Positions 25,331 through 36,399 of a stretch of DNA of 64,000 nt are shown here, one piece after another. The notes under the pieces were generated by a model. It did not search any database. It worked only from the letters and a program-made list of their open reading frames with translations, and was not told the DNA's origin. The DNA is from Utricularia gibba (Eukaryota; Plantae; Magnoliophyta), in contig NEEC01000030.1 of the NCBI GenBank assembly GCA_002189035.1, positions 124,001 to 188,000 on the forward strand, given 5' to 3'. The position numbers and the translations under genes were made by a program. Position 1 is the stretch's first letter. Every line of letters begins with the position of its first letter.

Positions 25331-25834
25331 TTCACTAGATCTCCAACCCATTTTCAAAAAAATTGAAAGAAGCCCAAAACCCTAGAACGAGGCAGGAGTC
25401 AGGAAGGGTGAAGGACTTAGAATGACAAGGGGGACCTATCAAAAATCCCAGAAGACCGAACGGAAAAGACGAAGAACCGAATGATACCTGGAAAATTGGC
25501 GGTTTCCGACGTATATCGCGACGATCGAGCGGCAGACGAGTGCGACGGAGTACGGAGGGCACAAAACTCTTGCAGGCAACAAAGAGGGCAAAGGAAAGAA
25601 TTGACGCGAAGGGTGCTTATTTATACGGGAAAGGTTTGGGAGACGGAGCGTCGTGACATTTGAGGTACCCAGAATGACCGAGAAAAAACGTGGCGTGCCG
25701 ATGAGCTGACGCATGGCAGAGAAAGGCATTTGGCTTATTCGGGGGAAGCGGCAGCTCAAGAATCGATATCGTAGTAGTTCTGATCCCCCGATTTACCCCG
25801 AAAGGGCTAATATCGGCGAATCAGAGGAGCTGAA

Positions 25835-26349
25835 TGATGAGGGATAAAGTCGGCTGAGGTTAATCGGATTCTGAAAAGCTGCAAAAAGGGATTCTGAGGG
25901 ATAATGCCAACCGACAGACCGATATCTGTCAGAAATCTGACAAGTATAGCCATATAACGCAGTCTGAAAAGCGGCTGAATTACGGCATAACAGGCGGCCG
26001 ATATCTAAAAAGCGAAATCGTATAGCATATACAGAAAGCAACCGACATTTGCAGATGTTAGGATTCGGTCAGGTTGAACCCTTCTATAAATAGAAGGAAC
26101 TATGACAAAGAGGGGGATTTTTTTCAACTTGTATTCTCTTCTTCACCTTCTCCGTCGAGTGAAAACCTTTGCTGGCGAGCTCCAGTAGCTCTGTGGTTTT
26201 TCCACTTTCCGGCGGTTTCCACGTAAAAATCTTTGCTCATTTTTATTTCAATTGAACCAACCGTGAAAAACGCAACTAAGTGCGACATTCCCGATGGCAC
26301 CTGCCACCTTAAATCGGCCTCCCACTGGATACCGATTTTACCCGTAAGA
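25835..26349 (+). repeat. Retand 3' LTR (515 bp)
   Basis: TGATGAGG...CGTAAGA (terminal CA mutated to GA), followed by TSD GTGGG. Confidence 0.96.
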
Positions 26350-27289
26350 GTGGGGTATTTATAGGAGAGCAAATTCAAGTATTTGTATTGAGCTTGCTTG
26401 ATGGGCTTAAATGAGATTAACTATCCAAATCTTTTATCCAATTTTTTTAAGATCATCTTCAAATCTTTATCAAATCTTGGACCAAATCTTCATAGTTTGA
26501 TCGAGTCTTGGTTTGAGATTCGTGGTCCATCAAGTCTATAGTTTGGTGATTCTTGATTTCTCCTCAAATTGATCCAAAAATACCATAAAAATCCAAAAAA
26601 TACATTTCTTTCTAAAAAGATTAAAGCAGTGTGAAAGATACAGAATCATTTGAAAATAATGAGAAAGTAGGATTTAAGGTAATTAAAAAACATCAAGGAG
26701 TAATGGAAGAATATGTTTTGGAACGACATAAAATCACTTACCACATTAATTGAATCTCAAATTGAATGAAAAAGTTATGGATCTATTAGTCCTTATAACT
26801 ACATTGATTCTCAAGAAGTTTTTTTAATTATTTCATCCAGTTGAAATATATCGAGTGGTATAGAAATATATCTAGAAGGTTTTACTGGTCAAGAGATTTT
26901 TGACTTGTATGCTCAATTAAGATATTTTATTGTAGATATTCCTCGTGATCCATAAATAAACAATATAGGTATATTATTTGAATTGTATCTATGCATAACA
27001 ACAAAGAGTGGTAGAAATATGACTTATTATTGGGTTGATAGGCTTCTTCACTTGCTCATCAATCTTCTTGTTATCATTTTACAGCAGAAAGTTTATTGAA
27101 ATTGCAGAAAAATATAGTTATCATGATGTTATTGAAGACTTCAAGAATGTGAAAAACGTAGAATGCATATATAAAATGTAAGTATTTTAAATATATATTC
27201 TTTACATTTTATTATATATAATTATAATTTTTGTCCCTTCTAGATTGAAGTGCAACATCTGCCTTTGCTCTTAGAAGAGTTCCTCTAGC

Positions 27290-28792
27290 TGTTGGGTTTC
27301 TCGTAGACATCATATGCTCAAAACCAGCGGAATTTTAAAAATTTTCAGAAACCCTCAACGCAGATCTTGGAATACGGTATACATCAGACTAAGGGATGCT
27401 GAAATACCTTTCAGATGACTCCGTTGTTCACCAACCGCCAATAGGAGACGGCCTCTATGGTATCCACACGTGGAGCACTCCGTCGATAACCTTCTCAAGG
27501 CTTTTGAATGCTGGTCGAATTTCTCAGGTGCTAGTAGAGAAAAACGCCTCCTTGTGGATTAGTCTCAGAGAGCACGAAGACCCTTGGAACATATCTCAAG
27601 ATCTAAATCTTTTTCGATAGATATATGGTAACATATCAAATCATATCTCCGTAAAGATCTTATCTTGTGGAGATATGTATATGTTCCAAATCTTATCTAT
27701 ATATGATCTTTTATTTTGAGTTTAATCAATATTAATCTCAAAATAACTCTCAATTTAATTTATCCACTTTACAAATTACATCTCATGTAATTGTGTCATT
27801 CTATTTTATATCGTTGAGTGACTCCATTATTATGTGTGACCCTATACGCTTCTTCAATCAAGGCCGTAATAATGGATTTATTAATTAACTCTTAATTAAT
27901 CAAATCCATCATTATCAATCATGAGTGATGTCTAGCAACATATCATGATCCCCAAGATGTAAGAATAATCAGGTGAACTGATTGAGTCTTTCCATGACCA
28001 GCCACCATGCAATGAACAGCTTTCATCATACTTATATCTCATTCAATACTAGAACATGGGTGTGTGTCTTTTTGATGTATCAAACTTATAATTGCATTCA
28101 AGCACTAACACTCAATGACCTACTCAAACAATTCGAGTGTCATTACCCTGGGCCCAGGACTTATTGTTAGGCTTTGATGCAATTACTTGAGATATGATCT
28201 CATCGCTAATATGAGTGATGAATGCTTTATTGATCAATCAACTATCTCCAACTTTAAGGAGTCACGTGCCTAGTCATCCATACTAGGCAATCCATGGTTA
28301 GGCTCCCATTAGTAATGAGCGAAAATGTGAGCTTAAGATCAAGATAACTTTGTTGACCTCAAGTCTAAGCTTAATTGGACGGCTGTCATATTCGAGATCT
28401 TGCTACTGACACTTGGTTAGCTTCCCATAGTAGCATCTCGAAGATGAGTCATCCAGTGAATCAATTCTCTAATCGACACTCACACATAGGTTCTAGTAAT
28501 CTCATTACATCAATTGTGAGAACCATTGCCTAAACAATTTAGGGAACTCAATGTGTGCCAGCTTATCCGTATTTGTGATACCCTCATTTCACAAATACTC
28601 TAGCTAGGGAGTTTTTTAACTTGATCATGAGTGCTTGAAGAATTTCACATTATGATCTCATCATAACTTCTATAGCACATAGATCAAGTAGAGGATTTTA
28701 TCAATGATATAAATTTGATCACAATTCAAAGTAAATATCATAAGATAAGATTTGCCAATGAATTGATTGTCTCTAGAACACATACACTAACA
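27290..28792 (-). mobile_element. Solo LTR, copia (Angela-like), 1503 bp, TSD CTAGC
   Basis: TGTTGGG...CTAACA; CTAGC at 27285-27289 and 28793-28797; related fragment at about 62492-62730. Lineage name inferred from length and termini only. Confidence 0.88.
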
Positions 28793-29200
28793 CTAGCTAC
28801 TTCCTGAGGAATTCAACGAAGTGATGTAAGAATCCCCCTCCTCACTCCACTTCAGCACGTCTTTGAGTTGATTGTAATATTCCAAGAAGTAGTACATTAC
28901 ATCATACTATTCATACCATCTATCACCTTACACTCAATTGTCATTGTGGTTCCACTACCAAATGTGGATGATCTCATGGTATACATGATCAAAGTGAAAA
29001 AAAAATTATAGACTGGAGGAAGAAGATCTACATAGAAGAACTCATTTCTTCATTGAAAGAATAAAACAAAACTAAGTAAAATCCTATTTCTATAATTGAG
29101 ATGTATATTTTCTAATAATGATAATATATATAAAACTAAAATTTTAATCTCAATCATGGCTGCTTCTTTTAACATGCCCCTCAAGCTGCATGGGAGGTTG
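28793..29200 (-). repeat. Family E LTR-like remnant, second copy (left part 27240-27289)
   Basis: Collinear with 14690-15085. Confidence 0.65.
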
Positions 29201-29399
29201 TAAATAGAGTTGTTATGTCAAGACTCAAATTTATATTTTTATGAACTTAAGTCCTGATGTTATGTTCCCAAATGAAGGAACATAAGACCTTATTATCTTA
29301 TTAATTTAAATTCATATGCAAACTAAACACATTTTAATAAATATAGCATAGAGAAGGTCATTCACATGAACACAGTAAAGGATGATGTAAATGTCTTGT

Positions 29400-30070
29400 T
29401 TAGTTCTCCTAACACAACTCCCTACATAGTGACAAGCTTTAAAGAACTCAGATAGACAACCTAGAAGCATAAGAACTAGTTTGGAAGTGACCTTCATTCC
29501 TAAGGAATAACTTAGGACCGCAAATGAGAAATAGAAAAATGTCTAGTACTGAATCCTCTTCCCTTATGACCTAGATCACAACACGGAATTCTTCATTTTC
29601 CATTCGTTTTCTATAAAAATTAGCAGTCAAGATATTGAATGCAATACATACAATCAAGGATGACATGTAAAGCAAGCATTTAAGTATTTAAAATATAAGA
29701 TCATTAGGAGACATGAAGAATATGTAAAAACATTTATCAAATCATGAGTTCCTTAGCTATGTGATCTTATCAGATCATGATCTTATCAAGTATAAGATCA
29801 TTAGTACATGGTTGCATCCACTCAACATCAACAACTTCACTCTAGCCACCTTAGAAACCAAGATCAAGAAGTCCATGTGTCTTTAGCCTGATGAAATCAG
29901 TAGAGGGGTGCCAACCTCTTTATCAACTCCACACAATTGTAACCCATCTTCTTTTTTCCTTTCAATTCTTCAACATTATACCTTCCGGTGACTAAATTTC
30001 TATAAGAAGTTTTCTAAAACATGTTTGATATAAAAGAGTATGCATCCACAACTTCCTCATAAGTCTTCTA
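29400..30070. repeat. Dispersed repeat homologous to 58200-58810
   Basis: Collinear blocks such as CAACTCCCTACA, GATGCAATACATA, TCATGAGTyCCTTrGCTATGTGA and TAGAGGGG in the same order and orientation. Confidence 0.7.
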
Positions 30071-31190
30071 GATGAAAGAACAACACTACACCTCAATCTC
30101 ATGATACACCACGATAGACATGAATATTAGGTCATATTTCATGAACTTTTTCTTGTTCAAAATTATCAAATATAAATTATTCAAAAGTTAAGGAGTTAGG
30201 AGTCCTCTAGTAATAACAATCATCAAAATGTGAGCATCTAGTAGAGAATATACAAAATTTAGATATCGTCTTGAAAACTTATTTTCGGGGCTTGGCAAAT
30301 TTGAGTGTTTTTAAAAACAAATTCCTAATTCCCTGTTTCCATCCCCAAATCAATAATCTTTTTTGAGACAAAATCACGCAAAAGTCTCATTTATCATGCC
30401 TCAAGAATCATAGCCAATCAGTAAATAAAAGTTATCAAACACATATATAGTCATGCAAGTACAAAAATTTGTTTATTTATTTAATTTTATTGAACGAGAA
30501 ATTTGTTCATATTTCTTTATTTAAATCAATTGGACAAAAATTTTGTTTCTGTTCATTAATTTATAGTTCATGATTATTGAGAAATACAGAATATATTTAT
30601 ATAATTCATGCTTAAATATCAAAATCTTATATTAATTAGTATATAATCAAATATATAAAAAATAAAACAATTGAAGATTAATTTTGGAATACATAATATT
30701 TTCATTGATCCAAAATCTTTGTTTTATTATTACAATTCTTCTTTTATTGTTAAAGTTTGATGTGATTCAATATAAAATATAGTTATTTTTAAATTAATTA
30801 ATTATATATATAATGTAAAAAGTATCTTAAGAAGTAAATATTATTTATGTGTTTATTTTACGATATGAATTTTTCTCACTCGATTGCCATTATATAGTAC
30901 CATTTTATATGTGTTAATCTACAAGGATGATAAAAAATCATTCATAACTTGACCTTGACTACCAACACTAAAAATAGTTATATATCATTGAAATAATCAT
31001 AATGTGCTTATAATATTGGTTAAAATCATATATTTAACATTATTCAATTTATATAAACTAAATATACTCAATTTTGATGCAACATCAATATTACAATCAA
31101 ACAAAATTTAGCTTAACTGAACATCAATCTCATTTGTATTCGTTCATTAAATTAATGGAATATGAATTTTATTTATGTTCATTTGCCTAC

Positions 31191-32525
31191 TGTTAAGTGT
31201 CATTTTCTCATCATGTTTTATATTGTTTTTATGTATAAATGTTATTAAAGCTATTTAGTTAGCAGTTTATAATATAAGATTTAAATTTTTATCTAGTTCA
31301 GAGTAATTTTCCTAAATCTTGTATTTTATCTAATATTTTTGTCTAGTTTTATTTAAGTTTATTTAGAGGCAAACATGTGACTAGAGGTATGAAAAAGGAA
31401 GTATCAGATGGTGACAAAACAGATCTTTGCAAACTAACATCTCCTTGATTTCTGGAAGACTGCAGATGCCTAATGATGAGCCTTGGCATGCGGTACACAG
31501 AAGTCTCTGACAAATGAAATCATTAGCTACAAATGTCAGAATAGGAGCTTTCATGCAAGTCACTCCAATTCACAGCAGGACCAAGGGGACATGAAAACTC
31601 ATACTTTCATTAGAATTAAGTTCAATTCAGACATGGAGCATTCGAATTCAAGTTTTTAGTTTTACTTTCAGTTTATCTCTCTAGAGGATTTTCCTCTAAT
31701 TTTTCTCTAGAACCTGCTTTTGTTTTCCTTGTTTTGTATGACCGTTCACAGCTAGAAACTTTCGTTTTTGGGTTGGAATACTCCCAGATCTATGTTTTGT
31801 TAGTCGATCTTCATTTCTTCTTTGAATTTTATCAAGTTCCGTATGTTTTTGCATGACTATGTTATAGTCATTCTCTAACAGTCCCCTTATTTAAGCTTCA
31901 TGGCTAATTGATCACTACCTGCAAGTTTTGAAGAGGAGTAAGGTAGAAAGCACCAACTCATGCCCTTTTGGTAAGAGGGAGACAATGTTTTGTCTGTGGC
32001 TATACCTCAGGATCAATGGACAGATTGTGACCCTCGTATCTGGACTCATTGAGTTATTGGCAATACTCGGGGCACATGCATGCAATTCAACCATGAGGGT
32101 ATGATGACAAGATCTTTTATCTTCACATTCGTCCAAGGAGGAGCAATATCGGGCTACTCTCGTGCCTTCTTGCAAGAGAGTGTAAGGGAGTATAGACAAT
32201 TCTTTACTCCTATAATCGAGTACTCGAGAAGATCAGTGAAGACATGAAGAACGTAGTTGGGTAGGATTCCAATCCCAAGAACATTCTCTTTTTTTAAGAT
32301 TCATCGTTTAAGTTTATTTCCTTTGTCTGTTTGCAACCCTCTTATCCCCTTACTCAAGCTTCATCATTTACATTTCTCGTACCTTTTACTTTACAAAAGC
32401 ATTTACAAATCATGATAATTGTATTCGGTGTGACTTCACCTTTCACTAAAAAACAACTCTCTGTATTCAACACCCATGCTATTCATTCTGTGTTTTATGA
32501 GTTCTAAAAATCTTTAAAATTTGTT
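31191..32525 (+). mobile_element. Older family A LTR, 3' tip lost at its junction with the family B LTR
   Basis: Starts TGTTAAGTGTCATTTT; collinear with the reverse complement of 41573-42907; stops at AAAATTTGTT. Confidence 0.85.
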
Positions 32526-32712
32526 TCTTTGAGCAATGCAGCACATGTGGACAACACAAATCCCAAGGAGCCGGATATGAATAGTGTAGTGGCATAGGAT
32601 GAGGCAAAAAGTCTTACAAGGAGTACACAAAATCCAAGGAAAGAAAAAGTGGGATTTTGGACAAACAAGGGACAATATGGAGAGAGAAAAATATCTCCCC
32701 CCATTGGGAGCA

Positions 32713-33460
32713 TGATGCGTGTCGTTTCCACAACAAATTTTAATATTTTTAAAACTCGTAAAACACAAAAGCGTAGTACGGGTGTGGAATGCAGGGAGTT
32801 GTTTTTCAGTGAATGGTGAGGTTACACCAAATACAACTGTCACGATTTGTAAATGGTTTTGGAAGTAAAGGTACGAGAAACGTAAATAATGAAGCTTAAG
32901 TAAGGGAATAAGAGGGGTTTTGAATAGACAACTGAAATAAACGTAAACGTTGAACCTTAAATAAAGTGAATGTTCCTGGGTTTGGAATCCTGTCCAGCTA
33001 TTTTCTTTTGCGTCTTCACTCTTTTGTGGTCTTTTTGAATACTCGGTTATAGGAGTAACGAATTGTCTACCCTCCCTTACACTCTCTTGCAAGAAGGCAC
33101 GAGAATAGCTCGATGTTGCTCCTCCTTGGACGAACATGAGAATAAGAGGTCCTACCAGCATACCCTCCCGGCTGAATCGCACGCATGTGCCCGGGTGTTG
33201 CCAATGACCCAATGAGTCTAGATACAAGGTCTCTATCTATCCATTGATCTTGAGGTACGGCCATAGACAAAACGTTGTCTCCCTCTTGCCAAAAGGGCAT
33301 GAGTTGGTGCTCTCCACCTTGCACCTCTCAAAAACTCATGGGTAGTGATAAGTTAACCATGAATCATGAATCAGTTAACCATGAATCTAAAGTGAAAGTA
33401 AAACTAAACTTGTCCAAACTGAACTGAGCTGAACTATTTTGCCTGAGATTTCGTGTTCCT
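32713..33460 (-). repeat. Athila 3' LTR, with two deletions relative to the 5' LTR
   Basis: About 39 mismatches over about 650 aligned bp against 41573-42225 (by eye); lacks about 42225-42465 and 42530-42907. Confidence 0.9.
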
Positions 33461-33464
33461 TTTG

Positions 33465-33891
33465 TTCTTCTGGGGGATGAAGGAAGGGGACAACGACCCA
33501 GAAGAATCAGTTTCTCTTTGAAGATTTTCTTTCGTTCTTGATGAATATTGAGACTAGTTTTAGATTTACTGCGTGAACAATTTCTCTTTTCTATTTTTGT
33601 TATGCACTACTTCTTGTTGTTTAACTTCGAGACCAGAATATTGCTTAGGATATGCTATAAAAACGTTTTCCTTTCCCTTGTTGTGAGTGGCTAAGCACTT
33701 AGGGGGTGCCTTGGGGCGAAAGGGGAGAAAAGTGCTAATCAATCTTTAGACCTAATCAACCATAAGTCATGCCACTTCCTTAACAAACTAGGATAGATCG
33801 AGGGGGGGGGGGGGAGTAGTGAAACCCATCTTAACAACCCTAATTAGAGGTAGACCAAAGATTAGGGGGAAAACAAGAGTCCGGGTAGACC
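33465..33891 (+). repeat. Duplicate of the family B flank (42937-43162 + 44464-44660) lying inside the Athila element
   Basis: About 96% identical to the flank right of the 5' LTR and lacking the solo LTR now present there. Confidence 0.92.
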
Positions 33892-34363
33892 CCCGCTTTG
33901 GGGAAGAACTGTCTGGATTACGAAACCTTGTTCTTGGTACATAAGTAAAGTTCGTGTCATCACGGTTTCGCCAGACAATTCTTACCTTTGGCATCATCTT
34001 TTTTTTTTATTTGAATGTGAGGTGTCACTGGGCTGTGAATGTACAATAGAAACGTGAGAGCTATTCTAAACAAGTCTCAACCCTAATGCATGTCATAAAA
34101 GCAAGAAATTTAGAGTAAGGAAAGATAAGTCTAAGCACCCTAATCATGAATCAGCCGTAAGGAATACATAAGCATGGATGTCATCTAACTTAGGAAGCAT
34201 GATATGGGGCAGACTCAAGATAAAAATGCAAACATTGAAAATAAAACATGCGAAAAATTGTCTCAATACTTAAGAGAGTAAATAGTTCGATCGATAGAGA
34301 AGAGCTCCTCCCCCACACTTAATTCTGAGGATGTCCTCATCATCAAGCATGGTGGAGGGTACC

Positions 34364-36041
34364 TTAGTGATGGCGCAGTAGAGAGGTGGTCAGGGTGTCC
34401 AGTTTGGACGACAGTGTGGTGATCTGGCGCTGCAAATCTTGAAGAGCCAGAAAGAGGGTGCGTTTGTCCAGAGATGCAGGGGTAGTTGCGAGAGGAACTT
34501 TCGAGGAGTCACTGTATGTATCTACAATGGTGTGCGGCATCATGGTGGTCTTACTCTTCGTTCCTGCTTGGACAAAGACGGCACAGCCTCCAACTTCCTT
34601 GAGGTAACTGCATTGAAAAAGGTCAACCAAATCAAGGTACTGGAAATGGGCGTCTACCTTGGGTGTGTTGGCAGTGAGATCCACGTTGAGGTGCATCACG
34701 AGCTTAGTGATGAGGGATGCAAATGGGAGCACTCATTCGCTACGCGATGCCACATGATTCATGTGCATGGCGATCCACCAGCCAAGGTTGATCGGGATGT
34801 TTTTCATCATGGCCCAAAGGAAGAACACTACCACCTTGGAGACCACACTGGTGCCCTAGCGAGTGGTAGAATAGCATCCTCTGAGATACCTGTTCAAAGC
34901 TAACAGGGCAGGGGCCCTCAAGTGATGGGCCTTGGGTTTGGAGCTAATAAAGGGTGGTTCACACATAGACATGGAACCATAAGCAGTATGCACATCAAAT
35001 GATGGGGGATAATCACAGCAGGATTGCGAATAATGAGCAGAAGTAAGTTCATTTTCAGACACAAAACCAAGAGCAACATTAAAATCATTAACAAAAAGTT
35101 CAAAATCTTTCCCACCCAACCGAAAAGAAATGAGAGGTTCTGCAATAGGGTTCCCTTTCACATCATCAAAAGCTAAAGTAGTGTAGAACTCGAAAACTAA
35201 TTTGGGGAAAACAAGAAGTTCAATTTCTGAAAAGAGACACCATTTAGGTGAAAATTCAAACATGTGGTTAATATCATGCATCAGATTCAAATGTGCTAAC
35301 ATAGGAGCATGCATACAGAAAGCAAATAAGATGCGGCGACTCGTTAAAGCATTAAAAGGGCCTGAGACTATAGCAAACAATCTCGCCAGAACTTTTGTCG
35401 CCCGCGTTGTCCTTTGCCACGCTACCTACTGGTTTGGCCAGTGTTGATAGCCTGCTCTCCATCTTGGAACGTTAGTGGTGGTCCTTCGTTAGCGGCTCCA
35501 TGCATTTATGCAATCCATAGATCTACTTCAGAATCAATATTATCATCCTCACCTTCCCCTTCCGCATTAGGTGCGTCTGTTTTCAGTAGCTGGTGGGCTG
35601 GATGCCTCTTCCACTTTGGTTTCTTCTTCTTTCTCCTCCAAGTTTTCCAGTCGGAAATCTTCATCGGAGCTATCGGTATGGGCTTTGGTTGCAACAGCAT
35701 CTTGCTCCGGGGTGTCATCTGCAACAGATTCAAGTTGCATCTTCCTTCTCCAGGGTTGCATGCTGGTGGTTCCCGGACTGCAGAAGGTTCCTCATCTTTC
35801 CATGGGAGGTACAAAACAGGGGCAAGCTCGGGTAAAGGGACTGGGGAAAACAATGAAGAAATCTCCCAGGATGATGTTTTCGTTGAAGGCACGGACTCGG
35901 TTTGTGAGGTCTCCGTGAGGGTGAAGCAGAATGCTGTCGGTTCCTCCGTGATGTACCTTTAGTGGTGGCCTTGCATCGTACAGTAGTGCGGGGTTTCCTT
36001 ACAGGGGTATGAAGAGACGACGTAGAAGAGGTTCCCTTCAT
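34364..36041 (-). pseudogene. Athila accessory (env-like) ORF, frameshifted
   Basis: Basic then acidic N-terminus (35567-36041), FPKLVFEFYTTL...ISFRLGGKDFEL (34856-35380), LPFASLITKL and a C-terminal heptad-like stretch (34364-34732). Confidence 0.78.
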
Positions 36042-36399
36042 GGTTGGTTGCTGTGATGGGTCGCAAGGTTGAAGAAGAAGGTAAAATGGGGGATTTGCAG
36101 AAGTGAAGGAATGTTTTACGGAAGAGTGGGGAAAGTGGGTTAGTAATGGAAGTAGTGGTGTGAATGCGGAAATGGGCAGTTATGGTGAGAGAAGAGTTCC
36201 AAAGAGGATAATCATGGGGGGAAAGGAAAGCAAAATAATAATGTTTCTCGGTAATGATGTGTGGGATAGTGTGTAATCCTAACAGAATCTTGGGGAACCT
36301 GCAACGTCAAACAAAAGCAAAAGAGGAAAGAGAAAATTAACTCATGGGTTGCCTCCTTCACACCACCAATTTAAAGTCATTGGCCAACTTGGTATGCTA

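Larger units (their letters stand above)
16446..26349 (+). mobile_element. Full-length Ty3/gypsy Tat-clade (Retand-like) retrotransposon, 9904 bp, TSD GTGGG
   Basis: Paired LTRs, GTGGG at 16441-16445 and 26350-26354, tRNA-Lys PBS, order gag-PR-RT-RH-aRH-INT, 3' repeats and an antisense ORF. Confidence 0.97.
15698..26745 (-). mobile_element. Solo LTR, family D (about 1.1 kb without the insert), interrupted by the Retand element
   Basis: 15698-16445 joined to 26355-26745 is collinear with the reverse complement of 52901-54031. TSD not resolvable. Confidence 0.82.
15300..27180 (+). pseudogene. hAT transposase remnant in two pieces (about 15300-15697 and 26746-27180), split by nested LTR insertions
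   Basis: FCENYDIDVSKIDD...ERYYQVDILLIIIDAQL stops at 15697 and resumes LNLKLNEKVMDLL at about 26750, then FTGQEIFDLYAQLRYF and YYWVDRLLHLL (C-terminal dimerisation-type region). Confidence 0.8.

Noticed and set aside
35414-35962. 182-aa plus-strand ORF, and other ORFs opposite gag/pol in both gypsy elements
   Set aside because: Antisense shadows of coding sequence; no motifs and no splice evidence, unlike 23228-25330.
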